DNA of 64,000 nt. Origin: Felis catus. Taxonomy: Eukaryota. The first letter of the stretch is position 1; each line of letters opens with the position of its first letter. Shown here piece by piece: positions 13,089-25,611 of the stretch. The notes below the pieces were generated by a model that was given only the letters and a program-made list of their open reading frames with translations, was not told the origin of the DNA and did no database searches. Location of the stretch: assembly GCF_018350175.1 (NCBI RefSeq), contig NC_058368.1, positions 237,338,001 through 237,402,000 on the forward strand, written 5' to 3'. Made by a program: the position numbers and the translations under genes.

Positions 13089-13177
13089 AAGAAAATATTA
13101 CCTGTGCAAAAAGAAGTGCATTTGTACTCTATTCTTTACGATTCCAAGATATGCTATTCTGATAATTCGTTTTCCAG

Positions 13178-13237
13178 ACAAAAGCAGAGCTCCACCACAT
13201 GGACCATTGAAGCTGGCTTCCAAGTGTCTTCTCATCA
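13178..13237 (+). other. Putative internal exon (hypothetical transcript)
   Basis: Acceptor ttcgttttccag|, donor CA|gtgagt, 60 nt, two open frames; no homologue recognised. Confidence 0.25.
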
Positions 13238-13561
13238 GTGAGTGACCAAAAGTTTGAGGAGATACGTAAAAGATTAAATCAATTTTATAGTTGTTTTCAG
13301 CCCACATATGACAAAATACTTGTTCAGGAAGTTTATTGTTCATTTTAAAAACTACTTTGATGCTTTGGCCTGGGTATGGAATAATTTGGGATAGCTATTC
13401 AGCCCTTTTCCCTTTCTCTCACATAAAATAAAGTCTTTTTTTAAAATTTTTACAGATAAAAACAAAGCATGAGAAGTAAAAATTAACTGCCCTTAAATGT
13501 GTTTAACCAATCAGACAATTCAGTTGGCATTTTTAGTGTTTTCTAGGCTTTTTGTTAATCT

Positions 13562-13745
13562 GAGGGCTGAGACTAAGGTGAGGTGAGTGAAGCATTAACC
13601 TTGGATGCAAGATTTAAGGAGAGCAAAGAGTGTAAGCAAGATAAATAATATCGCAGTGCAATATTTTTTAAAAAATAATAAAATTAACACACAAAAAATT
13701 CATGATGAACAAAGCATCGCTTTAGATAAAAACAAGATCAGTATG
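13562..13745 (+). mobile_element. hAT-family non-autonomous DNA transposon fragment (MER96B-like)
   Basis: agggctgagactaaggtgaggtgagtgaagca...caagataaataatat...tgcaatattt...catgatgaacaaa...caagatcagt follows the recalled MER96B consensus order. Confidence 0.65.
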
Positions 13746-13775
13746 AGCACATTATGTCTCTGATTGTTCCTGTAG

Positions 13776-13945
13776 CCATAAGCGAGGAGTTATGGAAATT
13801 GATTGGAAACACTAGATACTTTGACCACAGTCAGAAAGATGGAATATGTGCGAAGTCAGACCGTCCCACTGCGGTTGACTTGCCCTTCGAGGGACGTTCA
13901 AGGAATCTGAAGCCATACAATTGAGCAATAAAGCGACAAAGTATC
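13776..13945 (+). other. Putative terminal exon with poly(A) signal (hypothetical transcript)
   Basis: Acceptor ttgttcctgtag|, 48 open codons to TGA 13922-13924, AATAAA 13927-13932. Confidence 0.25.
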
Positions 13946-15036
13946 CTATTTAAGCTAGTGGATTTTCTGGGGGAGGGGGGCTGGACCTCCCAGAATTCAG
14001 CAGGTGATCATCCTTGTTGGAGGTTTGGTGCTCACTGTCCATGCAGAGCCTGGTGCCGCACTGGGGAAACACAGGCCTGGCTAGGCTGCCCCACTCTTTA
14101 CACTTAGGCACTACGTTCTTGGTCATGCTTGCGAGTTGGTCCATCATTTGGGGCTTTTGTGGGAACTAAACACAAGAAAGAACACAAGAACATCAATAAA
14201 GAAAACAGAAGAGGAAAGAAACGGGAGGCAAATCAGGCAGGGGAATGTCTTGAAAACTGTTTTTCAGCCAGCTGCTACTAAAGGATCCAAACTTCAAGTT
14301 CCTGAGGAATACAGTGAGCACAGCTGTCCAGGGATCAGTGTTTTTCTAGTGACTTTGAAGTTCTAAAAACAAAGAGTAAGTGATAATTGACAACCTATAC
14401 CACTGTTTGCTCTAGGAGGGACTTACTAGACTAGTTTTGGTGGTTCCTTCTCAAGATAAGAATAAGGGTAAGGTCATGTTTATAGTATCTTTAATCTCAT
14501 GGTGCCCGTTAAGCACATTCCTGAAAGACATCCCTGAACTTGAATCCTCACAGAGGCTTTACGTATAAAAAACTGGATGATACAGATCTGTAGCCAAGAC
14601 TTCATAGCCCTGTTGTAAGATGGAATTAAAGCAATATTGAAATATTTACTCAAAACTTACAGACAAAGCACAGCATCAGATGGCTGAAAGAAGCACAACA
14701 CAGGGGATGATTGATGAGTTAAACAACGCTGATTGGATAGTAGCTATGTTGGAAACTGGCTTAAGACTAGACATTTCTTCCTCTGACCAAAAATGAAAGT
14801 GCTGAAAAAGAAGAGAATTTTTGTCTCAATATTCTGGGCAGGCAGACAGCTCTTAGCAGTACATAGGTGAAAAAGACACAGAAATTTGAATTCATAAAAC
14901 TTCCTGATAAAATTTTCCAATGCTTCTGGGTTAATAATGCTTTAAATGATGAAAGTTAAGCCTATGTGTGTTTGTGTATCTGTTCTTAGCAATGCTAGGC
15001 CTGTGAGGTTTTTTTCTCCATTTCTATCTCCTTTAT

Positions 15037-15060
15037 AAATAATAATAATAATAATAATAA
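15037..15060. repeat. (TAA)n microsatellite
   Basis: aataataataataataataataa. Confidence 0.9.
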
Positions 15061-15499
15061 CTATTTTGAAAAGATCAACTTAATTTGCTCTTTTCTCATA
15101 AAGTCTACAATCTTTTATAATGTAATATGTCATATTCTTACTCTTTTCAATAGAGTAGCTATTTCAATATCTTCCTACCTGTAGAAACATTATTCTGTTG
15201 CATCAAGTAATTTAGTGCTTCACAAAAGTGTTCTCTAGTGGTTAAACAGGTGCATTGGCAGAAAGGAGATGAACATGAATAATCTGAGGAGAAGGTTTTG
15301 TACTGGTGTCTGAAAGTCTAACTTCAGTTAAAAAGTCAAGATTCTGCAAGAAAGAGGTCAGTGTAATGACAAAGAAGGAGTTACCCATATGATCTAAAAT
15401 GAACCACATTTACAGGAAAAGTCAGGTGCTTCTATGCTGAGGAGAAAGCATGCCCACAGTAACACAGCAACAGAGCTCACAGTGCATAATGGCCAAAAA

Positions 15500-15940
15500 A
15501 CTGGACAAGTGCCAGGTTGTGAAGGGAAATGAATGGAGGTTAAATGTTAAGAATTCTGGTCTTTAGACTGTAGGCAGTTGGATGTTTTAACAAAAGGCAG
15601 GTCATTATTAGATTTTGGTATGGAAATACAACTCTACAGGTAGACTAAATTTCAGCCAGAGGACAATGAGAAAGTTATTCTAATAATCTGGTTACCATGA
15701 TGGAAATAAGACCTGCGTCTGTAAGAGTGTAGAGGAAGAAGAGACAGGAAAATATTAAGGAGATAGAACTCAAAAGTTCATGTATGAGCTTCAAAGGAAG
15801 GTAGAAATGAGTACAATGTTTTCTACTATGGTTGTTTGGGGGATATTACTGAAAGAAAAAGAATGTCACTATTATGCAATATTGTTTTTGAAAATCTAGA
15901 TCATATAAGAAGAAATGTCAAATAACTTGCTTATATAGTG
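15500..15940 (-). mobile_element. Highly diverged L2 fragment
   Basis: Purine-rich stretch with L2-like phrases (gttaagaattctggtcttta, attagattttgg, agaaatgtcaaataac). Confidence 0.4.
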
Positions 15941-16391
15941 GAGAACAGGAAACACATAAACTCTGTGGATGATGTTGTACTTCCAGAAAAAAGGAAAAGA
16001 AACTAATAAAAATTACTAGAATGTATAATAAAATTTGGTAAGGTGGCTAGATATAAGCTAAATATACAAAACCATAGTTTTCCTCTATACTTTCAATGAT
16101 TCATTAGAAATAAAAATGGAAACACATTATTTCATTTTTCCAAATGAACCAGAACTATAAAATAATTAGGAAAAAGATTAATAAGAAAGGTAAAAGATCT
16201 GTACCATAAATTTTATTGAAGAACGTAAAACAGCTCAGGTAGACATTTAGCTATAAATGTCATTTTCATGAGTAAGAAAACTTAAGCTCATAAAAAATTT
16301 TATTTTTTCCCAAGTAATATGCACATGTGATACAATTTTAATCAGAATAAAACTTTATTTTGAACTGAGTTAAATCGCTTAAAAGGCCAGG

Positions 16392-16743
16392 TGTGAGGCA
16401 GAGACAATCCTGCTCACCAAAATTCCACATGCTTATCTGCATAGCACAATCTGCTCTATTCTTATGTTGAGACCACATGACTGGTCTGGCCAATGGAGTA
16501 CTTGAGAGTGAGTGTGGTTTTTCTACTAGCTTTTCTTTTGTGAAGGCAAATTTAGAAGCTTCATTTTGAAATGGTGGTGCCACAAGTTGAAGGACTTGGA
16601 TCCAACCGGAGTCATCAACAGGAGCAGAGCTGCATTAACCCATTCCCACATGGGATTTGAAAAAGACACACCTGTGTTGAATTGTGCATTAAAACTTCAA
16701 GATTATTTATTTCCTCTTTGCCTAGCTTAATCTGATTGAGGCA
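16392..16743 (+). mobile_element. Old MLT1 (MLT1I/J-like) LTR
   Basis: tgtgaggcaga...ccacatgactggtctggccaatgga...gaaatggtggtgccacaagttgaagg...cctagcttaatctgattga. Confidence 0.6.
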
Positions 16744-16783
16744 ATATGTTAAGTAAACATTTTATTTTTTTCTTTTTAATGAC

Positions 16784-16996
16784 TTTTTAAATGTTTATTG
16801 TTTTTGAGAGACAGAAAGAGTGCAAGTGAGCAAGAGGTAGAGGAAGAGGGAGATAGGGAGACACAGAATCTGAAGCAGACTCCAGGCTCTGAGCTGTCAG
16901 CATAGAGCCTGACACAGGGCTCAAACCCACGAACCATGAGATCATGATGTGAGCCAAAGTCAGATGCTTAACCAACTAAGTCACCCAGGCGCCCCC
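16784..16996 (-). mobile_element. Can-SINE
   Basis: Full body ending tcacccaggcgccccc. Confidence 0.94.
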
Positions 16997-18280
16997 AAAA
17001 AATGATTTAGAATGGGTGTTAGAATTTTAAATATCAGAATAATGAGCAGACACTTGCTTAACCTATTTTAAAGTGTACACAAGGTCATTATCATGAAAAT
17101 GAATATTACACTGGCATGAAAGAACATACTAGGAAATGTGCATGGAAAGTGAGTGCATACAGAAACAATGTACAACAAAAGTGAATTTCAATTCAGGGGG
17201 GTAATATAAGGGTACTGCATAAATGGTTTAAACATAATTAGCCATTTATTGGAGGAAAACAAAACCTACTTGTACCATACACAAAAGAAAATATTTTTTA
17301 AAAAGCCTTTAAAAATGCATGGAAAATTTGAGAACACTTTGGAAGATATTTGTGTTACTAAAAAACAAAGAGCCAGAAATGAAAGATAGACCTATTTAAT
17401 CATATTTTTAAAGAAAGGTGAAAGGTAACAGAGCCAAAGACAAGGTACTGGACGTATACTTGCAACATATGCAAATGGCAAAGGGTGAATATCATCAGGA
17501 TTCTACAAATTAATAAGGAAGAGGCAAACAAGATTGAATGGCGAGCCAATTGACAGAAAGGGTTGTCCCTATGACCGATACACGTGAGAAAAGGTGCTGA
17601 GCACCACTGTCTGAGAAATGCAAACTAAGGCAATAGTGAGAACCCCCTTTTTTTAACCCCACTGATTTAACAAAATTGTGAAAGTGTGATAATAGCCAGT
17701 ATGAATGATAGTATTGAAAATACCCACATGCACAAATTATTGTTAGGAATTTAAATTCTTGCAGTCTATTGGAGAGTCATTTATTAAATCAAGATGTACT
17801 TACTCAGTTCTAGCAGCCTTTCTTTTGGGAACATAAAATACACAAATAGGAAAATCAGTAATATGTAACGATATCTAAATATTTTTCTGCATATGGTATA
17901 AAAACTCAAGATCAACAGGGACATCCTTTAATATTCACTAATGTGGGAATAACTTGTAGCTACCCCTATGTTGAAATATTATACAGCTATTAACAAGAAT
18001 GGGTTGTATATTGACAAGAATGAGCCATTGATTGGCAGAGAAGTCCATGATTCAGTACTGGGAAAACTCAATTATAGTGTCTGGGTTTGATATGATCTTT
18101 TCTCTAGGACTGCTAAAATGACATGATAACCCTCCTGTGCACTGTTGAATTCCTACACCTCTTGGTCATACCAAGGAAAGGACAGCTACCACAAATATTA
18201 GGCTAATCTCCAAAACAAATGCATGGGTAGAAGATGAGGAAAGATACTTATCTCACAAATATTACCATTCTGTGCTTTTT

Positions 18281-18492
18281 AAAAAAGTTTTTTTAGTATT
18301 TATTTTTGAGAGAGACAGAGACACAATGCGAGTGGGGTAGGGGCAGAGAGAGAGGGAGGCACAAAATCGGAAGCAGGCTCCAGGCTCCGAGCCTTCAGCA
18401 CAGAGCCTGACGCGGGGCTCGAACCCACAAACCAGGAGATCATGACCTGAGCCGAAGTTGGACGCTCAACCGACTGAGCCACCCAGGTGTCC
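18281..18492 (-). mobile_element. Can-SINE (SINEC_Fc2-like)
   Basis: Full body; TSD ctgtgcttttt on both sides. Confidence 0.95.
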
Positions 18493-19189
18493 CTGTGCTT
18501 TTTTATTAGTAAGAATAAGTGTATATTTGCTTTTCAAATTAATAAATAGGATTTAAACAAGAAAAATCATTGAGTAGATGAAAAGTCCATCAGGTTTGAA
18601 AGGCTGGGGTCTTAGGGGCAATGGATATAGTCCTCTTGTTTGTCACCTTTAAGAACCTGCAGGGAGGAGACCTAATAGGATGGACATGCCAGTGCTCTGA
18701 AAACACAAGTGTGTTTCAGTTAAAGCAGAAGATATATACTCAAGATAAACAGCACCAAAATGCTATATATACAGACAATATTGATATTCCACTTGGTGCT
18801 GGAATCATGTTTCTAGATTGTGAGCCTGACAATTGGTCAATGGAGGCGACATGACTGGTCACAAGATTTTGTAACATGGGTCTATGTGCACTGATGTCTT
18901 ACCTAATGATTTCTTAGCAAAACTGATCAAATTTCCGTTCACCAGCAAAAGCAGGTAGCCTGATAATTACATTAAACATTCTCTGTGCAACTTCATACTC
19001 ACAACAAAGAGGAATAACTGAGTATTTTTTTGTAAGTGAACAAAATAAAATGGTATCATGAAGTGAATGTCTTAAATATTACCCATCGTGGCTACGTTGG
19101 TTATTGTGATTCTTTTAGGCATATATAAAGCTTTGTCACCCGAAAGACTTCCAGTGAAGGAGCCCAATACTACAGAAAGGAATTGTAAA

Positions 19190-19262
19190 ATCTATAATTC
19201 TGACTTCACTCTTACTAGCTGCTTTATACACTAAGCCTCAGTTTCCTCGTATGTAAAAACCT
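19190..19262 (+). mobile_element. MIR fragment
   Basis: aattctgacttcactcttactagctg...taagcctcagtttcctcgtatgtaaaa (MIR core). Confidence 0.65.
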
Positions 19263-20255
19263 TCAGACTTTATATGTGTTAGAAATAACAGCTGGACACT
19301 TCCTAATACATGGTCAGTGCTTGGTTTTGATGTTCATTTTGTAAAGCTTATTTTCTTGATAATTATATTTTTTTTTCTGGGAGCACAATTAAATGAATGG
19401 GGATTATAAATTATTGCAAATTGCTTTAGCTTTCAATAAATTAAAGAAAAGCTGCTTATTTCTAATTGTAATTAATTAGTTTAAAAATATTTATATTGAT
19501 ACAGTTGGAATTATTGAGTTGTTGCCTTATTGGCTTTTTCTATTACTAATAATGATGGTGGTGATATCAATAATAATTTTGATATCATAAAAGAATTCTA
19601 GCTGCCAGATAGATACATCATACTGTCATTATCTATTAAACTTAATCATACCATGAAGAGTATATTGACATTTGGAATTATTCCATCTTATCAAAGGTGA
19701 TAGAAGGCTGACTCTAAGAGAAGAAAAACAAAGCTGTGGACCTTGCAGGGCCAGGATCTAAAGAAAGATCTCAGATTGAAGGAAGACTTGACTTGTGTGT
19801 TCTCTGCAAACCCTGTACAGTATGCTAAAGCAAGGAGAGATTGTTCCACACTGTCCTGTTAGTTTTGAGATTACTTTCAGGGAATCTTAACCCTGCTATG
19901 AGATTACAAATAATTTTTACTATTTTACTCATAATTCTAAAAGTCTAAATAGGGGAACAGTCAGAATACATCCACGGCAGTGCTGTTACTTATCTGTCGA
20001 TTTGCTGCAATATGCCAAGATCAGATTTATTTGTATTGTAAAGCAGAACAGCTACACCCAAGAGCTATCCATAGCATATCAAGTGTCTTCTTACATACAG
20101 AGGTGGGCAAGTGTTAATGAGCTCAATTAGAACCGGGTGTCTCTGAGCTATGACCACCCATCTAGCGGGGGCATAAAACAAATGGTTACAAAGCACAGCT
20201 TCATAGCAGCTCAGTTTAAAACGAAGGTCGTGAAATCATATCTCCAGTTATTACT

Positions 20256-20288
20256 ATTATTATCATCATCACCATCATCATCATCATT
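20256..20288. repeat. (ATC)n microsatellite
   Basis: tattatcatcatcaccatcatcatcatcatt. Confidence 0.85.
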
Positions 20289-21779
20289 AAATTACTAGGG
20301 GGAATTTCCGTGACATGACTTTGTGGCAGGTACAGCAAATGACACCTTTTTTCTGGAGACATCTCACAGAACAGGCAAACCTCAGCACACTTTGCTGCTG
20401 CTAACGGAAAAGAGATGTCACAAGGGTAAAATGTCACCAATTTGTCTTTGCCGATTTAGAACTTGTTGTAAATTCAGACCTGACCGAGGACTGTGTTTGC
20501 CGCTTCCATATCCATGGAGAAAGGGTTTAGTGAGCAAATTAATAGAGTAAACTGGAGTTTTCCATACTGTGTTCTGAGATATTAATAGGTATTCCATGAA
20601 AAAGGATTTTATGGGCAAATAAGTTCAGGAAGCCCTCTGTGCTGTCCATCTTGGAGACCAACAACATTGGTGAACCAAAGTCTCCTGAAAACCCCAGAAG
20701 CTTACTGGACTTGGTTCATTTCAGGATTGCCCAGGAGCAACTACTAACAGAGACATCCCTGTACTCCTCTTTCCTTCTTTCCAGAAAAATAATCTACTAT
20801 AGTTTGGGAAGTGCTGTTATAAATAAGGCTGAGTGTTCCATCTACAACCATGATGTACAACTTTTAGAGTCAACATGAGATACAGTGAAAGGAAGGAAGA
20901 GGGTGGACGTCAATGAGAAATCTGATTTCTTAGCCCTATTCTCCTACTTCAGGTACTTTGTGTTGCTTTATCTTTCAAGGGGGGCATGAACCTCTCCATA
21001 TAATCCAGTATGGAGACTCTCAGTCCTTCACTGCTGCCGGTTCTGGATGCCCCCAACCCTCCTGTGGATCCACTCTGCACAGCTACGCCATTTCAAGAAC
21101 TAACCATGTGCTCAGATATTTAAATACTAACCATGTACCATTTTGATCTTTTTATCAAAGGAAGCCCATCTTCTACCTAGAAATTCTTTCTGCAGCTTAT
21201 TGTGTCCATTTATGAGAAAAGACAGCCTTGGTGGGGGGGGTGTGGATTATGACTCAGATCTTTGCTTGTGCAGATCGAGCCCGTGGCCACCTTCATTATC
21301 ACCAACCAGCCACAATAAAGTTTTGGGTCCTGACCTGATTCACAATGTCTGCAGCGCATCAGGAACAAAAAGGTGCAATAACCTATGTCCAGGTTTCCTG
21401 TAACAGGCTACTGATAATAATATAATCATAAGCCATTGACATTTAATTCAGTCCTTGCAAATATACACAAAGGCTCCCTCTGCAGTGGGAGATTACATTC
21501 TCCACTTGGTGATTTTTTTGGAAGTCTACGTGATTCTCAGGTTTTTACGTAGGTGCCGTGGTAAAACTCCAGCCATCGCTACTGTTTTCTTCTCACAGTA
21601 AAAAGACAGGCAACCAATTGCCCCAAGGAAATTCAAGTAGGTACTTCACACAAGTAACTCAGGCGTGCTCTTTGCCACGCAGAGAGCTTTGCACCAAGTG
21701 ACTAGTGTGCTTACAAATTAGCCACTTATGCTTTATGAATATACACACACCCAGCAGCTATATAGCTCTCAAAATCATG

Positions 21780-22200
21780 ATTAGTATTAAAGCCATCAGT
21801 CCCAGCCTGTTCACCAAGGCCCTTTACAGTTTTAACTGATTAACATCAACCTGTTTATCACCTTGCTGTTTGTTTAATCACTCAGTCTGTGCGGCGGCCA
21901 TGGATAAAGTGATCTTCATCGTAGAGATGAAAGAATTAATCAAGCGAAACAGTAAAGAATGATTTCAGAAATCTTTTGAGAGAGATAAATAACTCAGAGT
22001 GCTGAATTATTGAATCTTTAGGGTATATTTATTTATCAGGCAGTCAAAATTTGCCATTTTAAAGCTCATTCCATTTTTCTCTCATATTAGCTGGTTGTCT
22101 GCAAGGTGACATATAACCACCAAAACTGAATATGCAATCAACTTGTGACTTAATATGAGAAAACTTGATAAATCTATTCTATTATGTTTAAAAACAAACC
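21780..22200. promoter_or_regulatory. Candidate conserved non-coding/enhancer-like element
   Basis: Unique AT-rich non-repeat sequence with clustered TAAT/ATTA, TGTTTA(T) forkhead-like, GATAA and TGATTAA motifs; conservation not tested. Confidence 0.35.
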
Positions 22201-22359
22201 CTCATAGTGTTCAGTCTGAAAAGCTCAAATGATCTATAATAAAGAGGGAAGTCCTGGCTCCATCCTGACCCAAGTAATCTAAATAGTTTTGTGATTGAAT
22301 CACGCACCCTTGGAGGAAACATTTAGACTCTTTCACTTCAAACTCCCACTCAGAGGAAG

Positions 22360-22755
22360 GAATATTCTCTCCGGCATTCCTAAGATGTGTCTCCCAGCCA
22401 CCTATTCAACATTGTGTGTAAAGACTCTCCGACCATTGTTTAATTTGCCACATGCCTCATTCACTATGACTTGACTCTTTGGTAGATCCTAGCTCAGGTC
22501 TTCAACATGACCAAAACCATCCTGCCATGTCTCTTTCATGTATATTTCACAAATACTTTAATGCCACAACTAAGTGTCCTACTGTCTGGTTTAAATTTCT
22601 TCAGCTTTAACAATCTTCAGTATTCTCCTGGCATGTCATCGAAGACCTTTACCAGACCACCCCCTGGATATTCCCCTCTTCAGCCTTCTTTTCTAAGTGT
22701 GGCTTCTCAAACAGGATGTGCTACTCCAAGTGTAAAATGACCAGTGTGGAGCCTA
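22360..22755 (-). mobile_element. L3/CR1 LINE fragment
   Basis: tctaagtgtggcttctcaaacaggatgtgctactccaagtgtaaaatgaccagtgtggag resembles the conserved CR1/L3 RT-region motif. Confidence 0.5.
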
Positions 22756-25279
22756 AAAGGAAACTAGTTGAGAGACTCACAGAACAATTCTCACTTCTAT
22801 CTGGATTCTATGCTTGAAGCGAAGACCAACCTAGGGAGCAAGGATAAATCCATGGCTCCCAATGAAAAGACAGAGCTGTCCTGCAATGTATACCTGTCAC
22901 ATTAGTATGGATCACACATTCAAGTTTCCCAGGAATAAAAGGAGACAAAACAGAAATAAAAGCCTCTCTTTCCTGGTCCAGTTGAGACATGTGTGTGTTT
23001 GTTTGGGTTTTTTTCAACTCAACCATGAATGACCAAATTGATCATGAAGAACCACAGACAATGCTCCCTGCCACCGAAGCACGTCCGCACATACAAACAG
23101 GATGCGTACCGATGAGTCAAGAAAAGCACAGATGCTTCAAACTAAGAAAGAAGAAGCTGTAGGACAACAAACCCTCTGTCTTTTTAAAGTCTGGTCTGAT
23201 ACCTTACTCGTTGATGAGTCAAAGTGATGAAATCAGGGTTTATGAATGTGGGAATAACAGGTGCATTTCAAGATGTGCAGTGCACACATTTACTCTCCCT
23301 CAGGTTCAACCGCTTGTGTCTGCTTTTCCTAGTCTCACTCTTTGATGAGAGAACGTACCTACTCTGGAGTAGTGGGTTGACTTTGGCTTCAAGCGGTTGA
23401 CTGTAAGATCTTCCCACACAGATTTTCAAGATTATGTGATCCCATGGATGGTCGATTGTTTTTACTGAACTATTCCATACGATCGTAATCAGGAAATTTT
23501 GAAAGTGATCTTACTTTTTTTTTAAGAGTCCTTCCCCTAAATTAAACTTCAGAACAACAGAGTTTTGTCTTAAGACTTTGTTGACAGCCAACTCTCCAGC
23601 TATGCAAAATTAGGCATTTTGTTGTTTATTACATGGAAACAAAATGGTATTGGAGTAAATGCACAAATTCCTTCCTCCAAATTGAAGATTTCTCTTTGCT
23701 CTCCCCCTTTTTTGTTTTGGAGTTTCTATGAAATAAATTTTTTGTTTACCAATAGATCACTAAAACATTTTGACGTTTTTGCAGGTTGTAGGGAGCCAAC
23801 CAGATACTAAGAAACAAAACACTCTACACTAGCTCTTTTCCGATGGGAGTGGCTCCATTGCCAACCTTCTCCATGGGACTCGCTTCCTGAAAGGCCTCAG
23901 CTTCCAAGAAAATGTGGCTAAAGCTGGAGTCACATGGAAGTTTCAACCTATCAACGTGATAAAAAAAATGCCCATTAAGTGAACATTACATAACATTTCT
24001 CATCAAAAACAAATTTTTATGCCTGAGACCTGCATCCAGATCCTTGCATTGAACGTCACTGGGGTGAAGGGATTACAACCTAAGAAAGAAAAATACACTG
24101 AAGCCACTTGGTGAAGGATTTAGAAACCACATTTTTTCCTAACAAGAGATAAGGGACAAGTTGACTAGTTTGGGTTATAAATATGAAAAAAAAATACATT
24201 CTAGTATTTTTTTCACAAATTTGAAGCTCAAACTTAACAGATGTGGTCTTTGCATCCCTCCTTCATTTCCGAAAGCATATTTCCATGAAAGTCCCTCTAT
24301 AGCATACTCCTTGGACAAAAGGTTGCCATTGCCCCAATCGCTGTAAGACAAATGCTATGGCTCGGCGAACGCACCACGGTGCGCACGTGGGGCCACATTT
24401 TCACATTAAAAAGAAATGTTCACGCATACACACGCACACACGCGCACCAGCCCTGCCTTTCAGTCTAGTGTATGTAGACCCTTCTGCCTCCAACGCTTAC
24501 AGCCCCTCAGTCTGCCAGGCAAGCGGAACCCCCATCCACTCCCCAATCAAGCAACTCCCCCATCTGACTAGGAGAGGCCAGGGGCCTTGCCCACTTACAC
24601 TTGTCTGTCAGCTGGGTTGACAGCATGGGAGGGGGCCTCCCCCACCTTTCCCTGCCCATCAGCTCTGCTGACAGGTGCAAGCAGGCAAGGGACTCCCCCT
24701 CCACCCCATTCATGCCCATCAGCACATCTGATGGACACAGGCGGGTGGGGGAGTCCCCAGAGCCTCTCAGCAGAGAGGGCAGGCGCATTTCCACCCTGGG
24801 TGGGGCCCGGGCTGGATGTGGTTTCACAGTCTCAGTTGACTGGTGGGGGGAGGCATGGCTCCCAGCTGTTCCAGTGTCTGACAGGGAGTTACCGTTCACC
24901 CACATTGATTCACAGTCACGCCTCTGACCGACCGCGGACCCTGCCTGGGCCATGTTGGATGGGGATTCAGACAGGCATATTTAAGCAGAGTGGGGGCAGG
25001 GGATGGAGAAAGCAGGGAGCTGGGAGGCAAGAAGGGGCCTGCCGGGTGGACAACTGGAAGGGTCACAGTAGAGCATCCAAGAAGAGGACATGAGGCCAAC
25101 ATATTTCAGCCAAATTGATCACTGACCAAACACTTAGAGTGTAAAAGGAAAATCCTCATGGGATATTGAAGAACACTGTGGTTTCCCTTGAATATCTTTG
25201 TCAAAGAGACTTAGCAAAGGCATCTCAGAGCTTCAGATGCACTGGAAGAACTAAATGCCTGGTGAGGTTCCCCACCCCC

Positions 25280-25330
25280 AATCATTCAAGCAAGTATTTA
25301 TTGAACACCTACTACATGTCAGGCCCTGAA
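25280..25330 (-). mobile_element. L2 3'-end fragment
   Basis: atcattcaagcaagtatttattgaacacctactacatgtcaggccctg. Confidence 0.7.
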
Positions 25331-25540
25331 TGATACGTTGTGCCTCCATCCCCGAGCCCCCAGACACCCTTCGGGCACTTTGTCGCCTCCTGTGGACCCT
25401 GGACAGGCCACCAGAGTTCTCTGGCTGGCCCAGGTATGAGTCTTTTTGATGACCTGTGTTTACGCTGCAATAACGCCCTATGGAAATTTAATAGAATCAT
25501 ACATAACTTGTGACATTAAACCAGAAACATCATTATTTTA

Positions 25541-25611
25541 TTAGTTTTTAAAACCAGTGCGGTTGCTTGCCCTGGTCTGGGTTTGTAGTGCAGTTTCGAC
25601 TGATTCAAAGA
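25541..25611 (-). other. Putative terminal exon D of hypothetical minus-strand transcript
   Basis: Acceptor ttagttctattttcag|; in-frame TAA (25543-25541) overlapping AATAAA (25542-25537). Confidence 0.2.

Larger units (their letters stand above)
15960..18060 (+). mobile_element. Ancient L1 (L1ME-like) ORF2/3' region, interrupted by an MLT1 LTR and a SINE
   Basis: A-rich strand with L1 ORF2 landmarks: gatgatgttgtac, aaatttggtaaggtggctagatataag, tgcaacatat..caaaggg, gagaaatgcaaactaa. Confidence 0.75.
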
